DNA of 64,000 nucleotides from Spirochaetia bacterium. Lineage in GTDB: Bacteria > Spirochaetota > Leptospiria > Turneriellales > JAOUFE01. Of this stretch, positions 36,512-46,147 are shown one piece after another. The notes under the pieces were generated by a model. It saw only the letters and a list, made by a program, of their open reading frames with translations. It ran no database searches and was not told the DNA's origin. The translations under genes and the position numbers were made by a program. How positions within the stretch are numbered: position 1 is the stretch's first letter; each line of letters starts with the position of its first letter. The DNA lies in contig JAOUFY010000001.1 in NCBI GenBank assembly GCA_029857955.1, positions 31,929 through 95,928 on the forward strand. The letters run 5' to 3'.

Positions 36512-38005
36512 TTAAAATCTTGTTCTAAGCGCTAACCCAAAGTCAAAAAATGTAGCCGGAAGATTCATGGCAGGAATATAACCGCCCTGATACAGTACAG
36601 CAGGAGTGTCCAAAGAAAAATTAAATTCGCCGCCTTTTGTGCCAAAATGACCGGCGGTAAACATTTCAAACGTCATGTAGTTAAGAAATCCCCATGTAAA
36701 ATCAAAACGTCCGACAAAAGATTTGTCAGACAAATTACTTAAAACGGATAATGAATAATTTGTGTGTTTACCTGAATCAGGGCCTTCTGCCGATAAATAA
36801 ACTGCCGCATAGTGTTTTCCCAGGTAAAATGGCTGATATTGACCTTTTACGATTAAGATTGGATATACTAAAGAACTATCGTACCCAGTTTGATTATAAA
36901 AATATTCTACTCCAACGGCGGCTAATCGATTCTCAAGCCAGCTAAATGAATAATTCATTCCTCCGCTTGCTTCAAGTATTGGCATTTTTTGTTCGCCCTC
37001 TGTAAAGTACTTTGAAAAGTCCATACCCGCTGTCGGCTTGTCCGTTGTCGTCAAGGTATAATATGTAGACTGTGATCTTGTAATGTAGGCGGCTTCCCCG
37101 TAAATATCAAATGGACCAAGCGGTGCAGAGAAATCTGTTCCAAAAATATAATTGTCTTTATACTTTTTATGATCACGATAAACGGCATCAATGCCGATTT
37201 CCGTTTCTCCAATGATGATTTCATATCTAGCTGCTGCTCCAAGCTGCCCGAGAGTACTTGCAGGCTTTGGTTGATCAACAAAAGCCATCGTTGTAAAATT
37301 TGAAGAAATAAACTGCAAGGGAATGTCAAACCTTAACATCGGCAAACCTGTTCTTAAATCCTGCTGAAGAAGTGGATCCCGCTTTTGCGTGTTTACAAAA
37401 TCTGTTGGATTCCAGAAACGCGAAGTACCCCATTTAACATGTTGACTGCCTCCGGTAAAAAATACCTTTCGTGCGATATCAAACTTAAGCCAGGCCTGGT
37501 CTAAAACTACCTGCGGATTATTCGGTACTGTGGTTGCCGTTGCAGACACATTGGCCGTTGATGAAGTTTGAGACCCTCCCAAAGCAGTTCCACCGGTGGT
37601 TTGCGAATACTTATCGCGTGTTGCATCATAATATAATCGGGCATCAATAAATACGCGGATTCGATCATTTGGCCGACCGTCAAAATAACCATCAACCTGA
37701 AGCGGTAATGAAATCGGAGCTTCTTTAAAATTTTTATCAACCTGCGGCGAAGCAATAAACCGGTAATAGATCGATCCGCCAATCTGCAAAGGGTTATCGA
37801 CAACACCATCTTTAGTTGGCAAATCCTGAATTGTATTATTTTCTGTTTTATTTTTATTCGAGGCGCTTTGGTTTTTTTCAGGCTCATCGCCACCAAACAT
37901 CGATTGTTCATCAGGAGTCTCGTTTTGAGAAAAAAGATTGGTAACCAACACACCAAAAGTAAAAAATACAACACATATAAATCGCTTGAACATTCGTAAA
38001 ATCAT
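36512..38005 (-). CDS. Putative outer-membrane beta-barrel protein
   Basis: Signal peptide from the ATG at 38005. Alternating beta-strand pattern rich in aromatic residues. C-terminal ...LALRTRF (terminal Phe). Confidence 0.55.
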   Translation of the reverse strand: MILRMFKRFICVVFFTFGVLVTNLFSQNETPDEQSMFGGDEPEKNQSASNKNKTENNTIQDLPTKDGVVDNPLQIGGSIYYRFIASPQVDKNFKEAPISLPLQVDGYFDGRPNDRIRVFIDARLYYDATRDKYSQTTGGTALGGSQTSSTANVSATATTVPNNPQVVLDQAWLKFDIARKVFFTGGSQHVKWGTSRFWNPTDFVNTQKRDPLLQQDLRTGLPMLRFDIPLQFISSNFTTMAFVDQPKPASTLGQLGAAARYEIIIGETEIGIDAVYRDHKKYKDNYIFGTDFSAPLGPFDIYGEAAYITRSQSTYYTLTTTDKPTAGMDFSKYFTEGEQKMPILEASGGMNYSFSWLENRLAAVGVEYFYNQTGYDSSLVYPILIVKGQYQPFYLGKHYAAVYLSAEGPDSGKHTNYSLSVLSNLSDKSFVGRFDFTWGFLNYMTFEMFTAGHFGTKGGEFNFSLDTPAVLYQGGYIPAMNLPATFFDFGLALRTRF

Positions 38006-38033
38006 TGTGCGGCTGCCTTTTAATTGTTTACCA

Positions 38034-38825
38034 TTATCTGCTTTTGGATTCAAGCCATGCCTTGGTAAAAATATTTTCAGGCAATGCCTGTAAATCAACC
38101 GACTTTATGATCACCAGGGTCGAATTTCCCTTGTCAATCTCGTCATAAATACGAATTTCCTGTCTATACCATAAATCAGCTTTTTTAGATTCGCTGTATA
38201 ACTTGCTCCATTTGGGCGTATACTCGGTTCGCATAAGTTTTCCTGAAAGCGCAAAATCCTGACGTTTTAAGTCATTGCCCGTTTCTTTATCAACCCAGAA
38301 TTTTACCACAGGATAGGCAACATCAACACCTGGCTTTGCGGTTAATTTAAGAACCCATACATTGTACTTACCCAGTTTTTCTTCGCCTTCAAATTCAGGT
38401 TCATATTCACCTGCCAGATTAGACTGATCAAAATCCTGACGACGAGAATCTGTGCCGCCAATTCGCTCCCGTTCGGTTCTGCGTTCCCACTTACCGACAG
38501 TTGGGTCATAAAACCAGAGGTTTTTATCAATACGCAGATAACCTTTACCGCTTTCGGTTTTTGGTTTTGTAAAAAGAATCATCATTTTTTCGTCGGCATC
38601 GCGTCGATACACAAGAGCCTCTCTTACCTGATCGGCTTTACCCTTTTCTCGCTGCTCGATATATACCAGCGATTTGTAATCGCCTGAACTGCGTATGCGT
38701 ACGTCGATTCCCCTGAGAACCTCGACCATCTTGCTTTTGCTCAATGGTTCTGCGTATAACGCTACCTGCATAAGGCAATAAATCGCCGTTATTTTTATCA
38801 TGTTGTATTTTTTCATGTTTTTCAT
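38034..38825 (-). CDS. LolA-like outer-membrane lipoprotein-sorting family protein
   Basis: Signal peptide. GKGYLRIDKNLWFYDPTVGKWERRTERERIGGTDSRRQDF block as I recall it for the LolA_like family. Operon context with FtsX permeases. Confidence 0.6.
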   Translation of the reverse strand: MKNMKKYNMIKITAIYCLMQVALYAEPLSKSKMVEVLRGIDVRIRSSGDYKSLVYIEQREKGKADQVREALVYRRDADEKMMILFTKPKTESGKGYLRIDKNLWFYDPTVGKWERRTERERIGGTDSRRQDFDQSNLAGEYEPEFEGEEKLGKYNVWVLKLTAKPGVDVAYPVVKFWVDKETGNDLKRQDFALSGKLMRTEYTPKWSKLYSESKKADLWYRQEIRIYDEIDKGNSTLVIIKSVDLQALPENIFTKAWLESKSR

Positions 38826-38850
38826 ATTTTTCCTTTCTTTATTGTATTAC

Positions 38851-38932
38851 GCAGGGTTGTCTGAAAATTCGCATAACATATGCCTTTTTTCTGCGTTTGA
38901 CGCAAAATTTGCGAATTTTCAGACAACCCTGC
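38851..38932. repeat. Perfect 22-bp inverted repeat (GCAGGGTTGTCTGAAAATTCGC) with a 38-nt spacer
   Basis: Arms at 38851-38872 and 38911-38932 are exact reverse complements. Inner hairpin TGCGT-ttg-ACGCA. Located inside an operon. Confidence 0.8.
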
Positions 38933-38999
38933 AATTTTGGTTGCTGCGTGTGCCAATATTTACGCCGACATTAAACCTTCTGTGTTTATAATGCATTGA

Positions 39000-40301
39000 T
39001 TATCCGTTATGCTGCATCGCTGTTATCGGTTTTAATCTGGCGGCTCGTAAAGACGGTATCAAAGAAATTAACGTAGTGGCGCCTATAATGACAAACATTC
39101 CGTTAATCACACGGAAAAAATCAAAGCTGAATTTCAACGTATTTGACATGAGAAACATCTGCGCTCCGGTTGGAATATGAATATGCAAAGCATGAACTAT
39201 ACCCGCCAGTAAAAGCCCCCATACGGCGCCCGTCAGAGTCGCTAAAGCCGAAAGAGTAAAGGCTTCAATAACAAACATCGACATTACTCTTCTTCTCTGC
39301 ATTCCAATTGCCCTTAAAGTTCCGATCTCCCGTGTTCGCTCATTAATGGCAATCCACATGGAATTCATTATGCCAATAACAATGATGATCAACAAAATTG
39401 AAGTTAATATATAAGTAATTCCATCAATTGCTGTGATTGTCCATTTAATAAAAGAAATTTCATCTTCCCATGTCGTTAGATCGATCTTTTGCCCTGTCCA
39501 GTCTTCGCGATTTACCGAATCAAACTTGATCCAGAAAACACGGGGGTCGCTGTCCATCATTGTATATCCCGCTTCTGTAAGAGATTTTCTCAGTATGTCC
39601 ATATCTTTGGGAAGTTGCTTGATATTTTTAATATAAACGTACAATGCTCCCATATTGTTTGAATTGATTTGATATAAATCATTTACAGATTGATGAGGCA
39701 TAAAAACAGAAAAATTACTAAAAATACCCACATCTTGAGCAATCGCAACAACCCTTAGATCAATTGTGTTGTTGGTTCCATTTGGCATCAGCGCAGATAT
39801 TACAATCACATCTCCGACTTTTACGTTTAATCTTTTCGCCTGCGCCTCAAAAATTAAAACTGTATGTGGTTCACTTAAAGCGTTAAAATCGCCAGATTCC
39901 AGATGCAAAACATTTTTAAAATAAGGCTCTTGATTTATATCGATACCGGCAAGACCTGCCTGAAGCGAGCTTGTATCGCTGACAACGCGAGCCCAACCTC
40001 TGCCGCGCGGAACAATGTACTCAACGTCAGGCAACGATTTCTTTATAACTTCCATAACTTTTTTATAGTCAGTCACGATCGGAGCTGACCGACCAGCAGT
40101 AACTTTGTAAAATCCGGCCACATTGATATGCCCGGTTTGTATAGTCGTTGCCGCTTCAAACATAGCTTTTCTAACTCCCGAAGAAAGGCTGGTTAAAAAG
40201 ATCAACAACATGGTGACGCCGGCAATTGCGCCGCCAAGCATCAATGAACGCTTACGATGCTGAATTAAATTACGAATGGCAATTAAAAATAACTGACTCA
40301 T
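39000..40301 (-). CDS. FtsX/MacB/LolE-type ABC transporter permease (short form)
   Basis: TM1, a ~250-aa periplasmic domain and a C-terminal three-TM FtsX domain (REIGTLRAIGMQRRRV). The ATG at 40301 lies 1 nt after the upstream stop. Confidence 0.8.
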   Translation of the reverse strand: MSQLFLIAIRNLIQHRKRSLMLGGAIAGVTMLLIFLTSLSSGVRKAMFEAATTIQTGHINVAGFYKVTAGRSAPIVTDYKKVMEVIKKSLPDVEYIVPRGRGWARVVSDTSSLQAGLAGIDINQEPYFKNVLHLESGDFNALSEPHTVLIFEAQAKRLNVKVGDVIVISALMPNGTNNTIDLRVVAIAQDVGIFSNFSVFMPHQSVNDLYQINSNNMGALYVYIKNIKQLPKDMDILRKSLTEAGYTMMDSDPRVFWIKFDSVNREDWTGQKIDLTTWEDEISFIKWTITAIDGITYILTSILLIIIVIGIMNSMWIAINERTREIGTLRAIGMQRRRVMSMFVIEAFTLSALATLTGAVWGLLLAGIVHALHIHIPTGAQMFLMSNTLKFSFDFFRVINGMFVIIGATTLISLIPSLRAARLKPITAMQHNG

Positions 40302-40302
40302 A

Positions 40303-42396
40303 TCACTCCTCCGCCTGCATTGCCGTAAGCGGCGACACCCTTGCCGCAACCAGCGCGGGGTACAATGCCGAAATTACTGTTACAATGATGATGATTGCCA
40401 TAGCCCCGAAAACGCTGCCTGCGCCAAGCGTCGGAAAAAGTCGCGGTCCTGAAAAAAAGAAATATAAAAAATCATTCATAGCGGGAAATCCATAATGTCC
40501 CAGCAATTTTACGATAAAAGAACCGGCAATCGTTCCAAAAAGTCCGAAAGTTAACCCAAGAATTACCGTTTCGATGAGAATCATGGAAAGAACAAATGAG
40601 CGTTGGGCGCCTAGAGCTCTCATGGTTCCAATTTCTTTTGTTCGCTGAAGAGTTGCCATCATTACAGCGTTATTAATAATAACCAGAGCAACAATAAAAA
40701 TAATAAAAACCACCAGATACAATATCACTTTGGCTACACCAACAAACTGCCCGATAAAACCTGCGGCCTTTTGCCAGTTAACAACCTTTAAGTCGAGATG
40801 ATTTTTACTCGATACTTCATTGATCTTTGCCATCGTTTCTTTGATCTTTGAAGGATCTTTCAGTATTATTGCGGCATTAAGAACAACACCTTTGTCAATT
40901 TCACTTTGCGAGTAAATTCTGTTTATACTGGTGTCTATGGTTTGAATTACGCCAAGCTCTTTTTTTTCGTCAATGTTTACCTGTTTTGTTGTGGAAACAA
41001 TCGATGATCCAGAGTCGCCAAAAAGTTCTTCTTCCGCTTTATCGCGGTCGATGATTTTTGCGCCTGTCGCTTTTTTTAATTGTTTTGTCTCAAGTAATTT
41101 TTCCGGCGTTAAATAACCGTAAAGGTCCCTGAATGAAACTAAATCCATTAAACTTAATCCGCCGGCAAGCCCCGATTTTTCAAGGCCCTTAAACTGAAAA
41201 GTTCCATAAACCTTTATATTTACAGATTGAATATAACCGGTTTTTGTAAATGCCTTTATCGTAAGCATGTCGCCAGGTCTTATGCGATATAAATCCACAA
41301 GCGGGGCAATGTCTGAATAAAAAAACCTGTATCGTTCTAAAAAGTTTTCGTCGTTTACGTCAAAAAAACCGGAAAGTAATGATGCCAATTCAGTTTCTTG
41401 AGACTTTAATAAAGTCTGAAGTAATTTTATCAATTTATTTGTAGAAATCGGATCCAGTTGAAAAATAATTTCACGCGTTTGCATTTTATTTTGCTTAATA
41501 AGAAATTTCAAGTCCGTATCTTTTGCAATTTTGGAATGTCTGTTCTCAATAGCTTCTTTAATATCATCCATTCGCTGAGCGGATTTCATTTTAAACTGGT
41601 GCTCATACACAAATTTTGAAAGAAGCAATCCACGCTGTCCCTGTGGAACCATCTGACCGTCTACGATCTCCATTCGATCAAAATCTTTTTTAAAAGAATC
41701 AAGATCAGTTCCTACATACCCAATCGAATAAAAATCAGAATCGGGAATAAGAAAAGCAATTTTGTTTTCCAGAAACTCAAGATGCCCCAGAGGATCATTG
41801 TCAAAAGATTTCCAAAAATCGGCAGAATTTGCTTTTCTCAAGGCAATGACACTTTCACTGTCTTCGGATCTGGCTTCAGAAAGAACAGAAAGATTTGCAA
41901 AATCTTTCTGGATAATGCTCACGATCTGACGCACATGATTCTTATAACTTTCAATCTGATCTTTTAATTCAATGGAATGACCGCCTCGTCTTTTTTTATT
42001 TTCAGCCTTTCGTAATTTTTCTAGAACAACATCCAGAGTATTACCGTAACTTACCTGAGCGCCGTTTACCCCCATGGGAATAACGCTTTTTATATTTTCT
42101 ATTTCCATCAATGCCGGTTTAATGATAGAGAAATCTGGAATTTCACTAATATCTGGTTCATTAAAATGCCCAAATAAAGCCAGTTCATCTTTTGATTTTG
42201 AAGAATAAACCTGAATATGTCCGGATACGCTGCCAATGATACTTTTACTCATTGCAGAGTCCATACTGTTTAGCATTGATGATCCGACAACAAACAGCAA
42301 TGTTCCAACAAAAACAATTCCGCCAATCACAACATTTAAAAAATTAGAAAATAAATTACGAAAAGCAATTTGAGCTAATATACCAAATTGAATCAT
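40303..42396 (-). CDS. FtsX/MacB/LolC-type ABC transporter permease with a very large periplasmic domain
   Basis: TM1, a ~500-aa periplasmic region and an FtsX domain (KEIGTMRALGAQRSFV). ATGA overlap with the ATPase gene. Confidence 0.8.
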   Translation of the reverse strand: MIQFGILAQIAFRNLFSNFLNVVIGGIVFVGTLLFVVGSSMLNSMDSAMSKSIIGSVSGHIQVYSSKSKDELALFGHFNEPDISEIPDFSIIKPALMEIENIKSVIPMGVNGAQVSYGNTLDVVLEKLRKAENKKRRGGHSIELKDQIESYKNHVRQIVSIIQKDFANLSVLSEARSEDSESVIALRKANSADFWKSFDNDPLGHLEFLENKIAFLIPDSDFYSIGYVGTDLDSFKKDFDRMEIVDGQMVPQGQRGLLLSKFVYEHQFKMKSAQRMDDIKEAIENRHSKIAKDTDLKFLIKQNKMQTREIIFQLDPISTNKLIKLLQTLLKSQETELASLLSGFFDVNDENFLERYRFFYSDIAPLVDLYRIRPGDMLTIKAFTKTGYIQSVNIKVYGTFQFKGLEKSGLAGGLSLMDLVSFRDLYGYLTPEKLLETKQLKKATGAKIIDRDKAEEELFGDSGSSIVSTTKQVNIDEKKELGVIQTIDTSINRIYSQSEIDKGVVLNAAIILKDPSKIKETMAKINEVSSKNHLDLKVVNWQKAAGFIGQFVGVAKVILYLVVFIIFIVALVIINNAVMMATLQRTKEIGTMRALGAQRSFVLSMILIETVILGLTFGLFGTIAGSFIVKLLGHYGFPAMNDFLYFFFSGPRLFPTLGAGSVFGAMAIIIIVTVISALYPALVAARVSPLTAMQAEE

Positions 42397-43178
42397 TTAG
42401 TTTTCCCCTGTAGTTTTACAGATGATTTACTTTTAGTTTTATCAGTTTTTTTTGATTTAGCAGAAGTTTTAACTGAGGATTTGTTTTTATCCGCCATTTG
42501 ATTTCCGACAATTTGACCATCTGCAATATTGATGATGGTATTTGCATGAGCCATCACTCGAGCATCATGAGTTGAAAAAATAAAAGTTGTCTTTTCCTGT
42601 TCATTCATTTCTTTCATTAAATCAATGATGGTCTCCCCTGTCTTTGAATCGAGATTGGCTGTAGGTTCATCCGCAAGAATAATTTTTGGCCTGGTAACCA
42701 ACGCCCTGGCAATTGCGACACGCTGTCTCTGACCTCCGGACAATTCATTCGGACGATGCTTTGAATGATTTTCAATACCAACTTTTTTAAGCAAATCCAT
42801 GACACGCGTTTTTCTCTCTTCAACTGAAATTTTCCCCTGTAATAAGAGCGGAAATTCAACATTTTGAAAAACACTTAAAACAGAAACCAGATTAAAACTT
42901 TGAAATATAAACCCAATGGTATTTAATCTTAATTCAGTAAGTTGACGATCACTTAAGTCATGAGTATCCTGGTCGTTGATTATAACGTGCCCGGATGTTG
43001 CGATATCAACACAGCCAATTAAATTAAGCAAGGTTGTTTTACCGCTTCCTGATGGACCGGCTATCGATATAAAATCACCTTTGGCCACAACCAAAGACAC
43101 ATTTCGAAGGGCATTTACCGTTGTTTTTCCTAATATATAGTTTTTGTTTACTTGTTCTAAAGATACCACATTTTCCAT
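42393..43178 (-). CDS. LolD/MacB-type ABC transporter ATP-binding protein with Lys/Ser-rich C-terminal tail
   Basis: Walker A GPSGSGKTT, signature LSGGQRQRVAIA, Walker B ILADEPTANLD. AGGAAA RBS before the ATG at 43178. ~35-aa K/S-rich tail. Confidence 0.9.
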   Translation of the reverse strand: MENVVSLEQVNKNYILGKTTVNALRNVSLVVAKGDFISIAGPSGSGKTTLLNLIGCVDIATSGHVIINDQDTHDLSDRQLTELRLNTIGFIFQSFNLVSVLSVFQNVEFPLLLQGKISVEERKTRVMDLLKKVGIENHSKHRPNELSGGQRQRVAIARALVTRPKIILADEPTANLDSKTGETIIDLMKEMNEQEKTTFIFSTHDARVMAHANTIINIADGQIVGNQMADKNKSSVKTSAKSKKTDKTKSKSSVKLQGKTK

Positions 43179-43643
43179 GATTTTTCCTGTTTGTTTTCCT
43201 GAGTCTCTTAAGTTGGCTTTATTTAGAGAGCGTCCCAAAACCCATCCATGGATTTTGAGACGAACGCTTAGTTATTTTATTGATAAAATATTCTCTAATT
43301 AGGGCACCGTACGGCAAATCTTTTTAATTTTTCTAATAATAAATTTAGTGTTAAGTTATATAATTTTAATCAATTTGACAAATTAATTCCAATGGATTTT
43401 GGAAATCATGCCGTGCGATTTTCATTTTAAATTTGCTTCAAATAAAAACTGTAAACTACTGATAAAACAAGAAGTGTCGACAAAGAAACTGTCATCTTAT
43501 TTTAATTAAAATTATTGTTCAAATGTATATAAGTAAAGTAATTTATTGATTAATTTAATAAAAGCAAGAATATCAAATAATGTGATAGATGAATTTATAG
43601 CTAATTCTATATTAAATTAGTAATATTTAAGCCCGGAGATAAC

Positions 43644-44702
43644 ATGAAACAAATTTTTATTTATTTATCATTATTTATCATCATTACAAATCCGGTTTTA
43701 GCAGGAACTCATTCACAAGGAATGTTTTCAATTAATGTAGATAACGAGACTACATACGGAAGCGCTGCAAATTCTCTAGTTTCAACATTAGACAGCCAAT
43801 TTAACGAAAATACTTTTAAAAAAACTCTTTGGTACATGGCTGACTCTCAATCCATGTCAACTCGAGGACTCGGGGTAACATACGCTACAAATCATAATTT
43901 GTTTCTCGTTGCTTTTTCAGGAAATACCGGTTTTTCTCCAGGCAGTCGATCCATTTCTGAGTTTTACGCAGCTCCGTTTGCTGCGGGACCAAGCGGTATT
44001 CCGGAGGCTGGTATCGGAATTCAAAGTAGTATCCTGGCAGGTCTTTCTCTAAAATCGTTTCACTTAAAACCAGTTGGCTACCTGGATCCATCCCGTTTAA
44101 CACTCTTTATAAACTTCTTTGCTTTTAAGATAACGACACCGTTAGATGTAAGTACGCTATCTGCAGGTGTTCATTTTCAATATAAAATTATCAATGAAAT
44201 AAATATTTTATTCGGATTACTTTACTGGGGAGGATTAGATATCAGCTCAGGAATAGATATTACAAATAACGTACTAAATTTACCAGTGGGACTCTTTTTT
44301 ACAAGTCAAATAGCGGGAGGACTTGAGTTTACTCCTGCTGGAAACCTGGGTTTCACAAACACAGCCATTACAATTCCCGTTGAAGTTTCTACAAATATAC
44401 GACTTGCCTATGCTTTATCATTAATTGCCGGAGGGGCTATTGATGTAAATATGGGAAATTCAAAGTTTGATTTAGGCGGGCCGGTAACAGACACAACCAG
44501 CGGAGCTAAAGTAGGTACTCTAAGTACTAATGAAAGAAGCCGAATGAGCGCCAGTTTTGTTGATGCACGACTATTCTTTGGACCACAGATCAACTTAATA
44601 CCTCTGCCTTCAGGTAAAAATATATTGAGCATTACTTTACTGGGAGATCTGTCAACCAACCATACGTATGGTGTTCACCTCAGCATTAACACTTGTTTTT
44701 AA
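43644..44702 (+). CDS. Putative outer-membrane/surface protein, paralog 1 (352 aa)
   Basis: Signal peptide ending VLAG. Gly/Ser/Thr-rich beta pattern. C-terminal Phe. Collinear with the downstream paralog. Confidence 0.55.
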   Translation: MKQIFIYLSLFIIITNPVLAGTHSQGMFSINVDNETTYGSAANSLVSTLDSQFNENTFKKTLWYMADSQSMSTRGLGVTYATNHNLFLVAFSGNTGFSPGSRSISEFYAAPFAAGPSGIPEAGIGIQSSILAGLSLKSFHLKPVGYLDPSRLTLFINFFAFKITTPLDVSTLSAGVHFQYKIINEINILFGLLYWGGLDISSGIDITNNVLNLPVGLFFTSQIAGGLEFTPAGNLGFTNTAITIPVEVSTNIRLAYALSLIAGGAIDVNMGNSKFDLGGPVTDTTSGAKVGTLSTNERSRMSASFVDARLFFGPQINLIPLPSGKNILSITLLGDLSTNHTYGVHLSINTCF

Positions 44703-44996
44703 ATGCGGCAATTAATTTCGCCCAAAATATTGCTTATCAATTTTCAGGGGCAATACTACAATTTTTTTCACTTTTAGTCTGAAATGAGACCCTACCACTA
44801 ATCTAATATTCGGTTAATTGGTTTAGATGTAAATAATTTCCTTTATCTTTGAATACTTCCTATTCTGTTAAATTTCTCTCTATTTTGCAGTACACCTGAT
44901 AATTAAGTACCCAAAAGTTAAAAAAAATTAACATAATTGTTGTAAATATAACCACGTTATATTCACTGGTATCATATATAGTTTACAGGAGAAAAA

Positions 44997-46055
44997 ATGA
45001 AAAAAATATTTATACATCTGGTTACAATAACAATCAGCATGGGTCCGATTTTTGCCGGAGCACATACAAAAGGAATGTTCACAGTAAATGTAGATAATGA
45101 GCTATTGTATGGATCAAGCGCTGATTCACTTGTAGCAACTTTAGACAGTACAGCAAAAGTTGAGACCTTTAAAAAAACAATGACGTACATGGCAGACAGC
45201 CAATCCATGGCCACACGTGGACTCGGCGCTACGTACGCAACCAATCAAAGTATATTTGTTATCAGCCCGTCAGTAAATGCAGGGTTTTCACCAGGCGACC
45301 GAGGAATTGACAAGTTCGTAGCAAACCCAATGGCACCCGGAGCAAGTGGTATTCCAGAGGTTGGAATTGGTGCACAGGGAAGTGTACTGTTTGGTCTTTC
45401 ATTGAAGGTGTTTAACATAAAGCCGTTAGGATTTTTTGATCCATCCCGTTTAACGATTTTTGCAAATTTTTTTACATACCAGCTCACCCAACCATATATG
45501 ATCAATACATTCTCCATTGGAGGCCATGCACAATACAAGATCATCAATGACCTGGGGTTGTTCTGGGGACTGATTCACTGGGGTGGACTGGATATCACAA
45601 CCGGTCTGGATGTTGCAACCAACAAACTTGAAGTTCCGACAAGCACTTACTTCACAACTCAATACGCTGGTGGAATTTCTTTTACTCCAACAGGAAACTT
45701 TGGTTTTACAAACACAGCTGTAACTATTCCCATTGAAGCTTCGACAAGTATTCGACTAGGCTATATTTTTTCTTTAATTGCTGGAGTTGCTTTGGATGTC
45801 AATATGGGGAATTCAAAAATTGACCTGACGGGAGCAATTAACGATGCGACAACCGGCACAAAAGTAGGTACATTAACAACCAATGAAAAAAGCAGATTTG
45901 GCGCAAGTTTTATAGATACCAGACTTTTCTTTGGACCGCAGATTAACTTAATACCTCTGCCTTCAGGAAAAAATATTTTAAGCATTACAATGCTTGCCAA
46001 CATTTCGACCAACAATATCTATGGTGCACATGTCGCTGTAAATATTGGTTTTTAA
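44997..46055 (+). CDS. Putative outer-membrane/surface protein, paralog 2 (352 aa)
   Basis: Same length as paralog 1 and collinear with no indels. Roughly 60 percent identical by eye. C-terminal ...NIGF. Confidence 0.55.
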   Translation: MKKIFIHLVTITISMGPIFAGAHTKGMFTVNVDNELLYGSSADSLVATLDSTAKVETFKKTMTYMADSQSMATRGLGATYATNQSIFVISPSVNAGFSPGDRGIDKFVANPMAPGASGIPEVGIGAQGSVLFGLSLKVFNIKPLGFFDPSRLTIFANFFTYQLTQPYMINTFSIGGHAQYKIINDLGLFWGLIHWGGLDITTGLDVATNKLEVPTSTYFTTQYAGGISFTPTGNFGFTNTAVTIPIEASTSIRLGYIFSLIAGVALDVNMGNSKIDLTGAINDATTGTKVGTLTTNEKSRFGASFIDTRLFFGPQINLIPLPSGKNILSITMLANISTNNIYGAHVAVNIGF

Positions 46056-46075
46056 TTTCCGTATTTTAAAAATTT

Positions 46076-46124
46076 AACCATAGAACCTGGAATTTTGCTC
46101 TATAAAATACCAGGTTCTATGGTT
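46076..46124. terminator. Bidirectional terminator-like hairpin (15-bp perfect stem)
   Basis: AACCATAGAACCTGG (46076-46090) pairs with CCAGGTTCTATGGTT (46110-46124). 19-nt loop. Lies between convergent genes. Confidence 0.6.
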
Positions 46125-46147
46125 TCTTGCATTTTTATACACAAAAA

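Noticed and set aside
37507-37974. A 155-aa ORF and a 92-aa ORF (37051-37329) on the minus strand inside the barrel gene.
   Set aside because: They are alternative frames of the 36512-38005 gene, which has the signal peptide and the C-terminal Phe signature. Their composition is basic and low-complexity.
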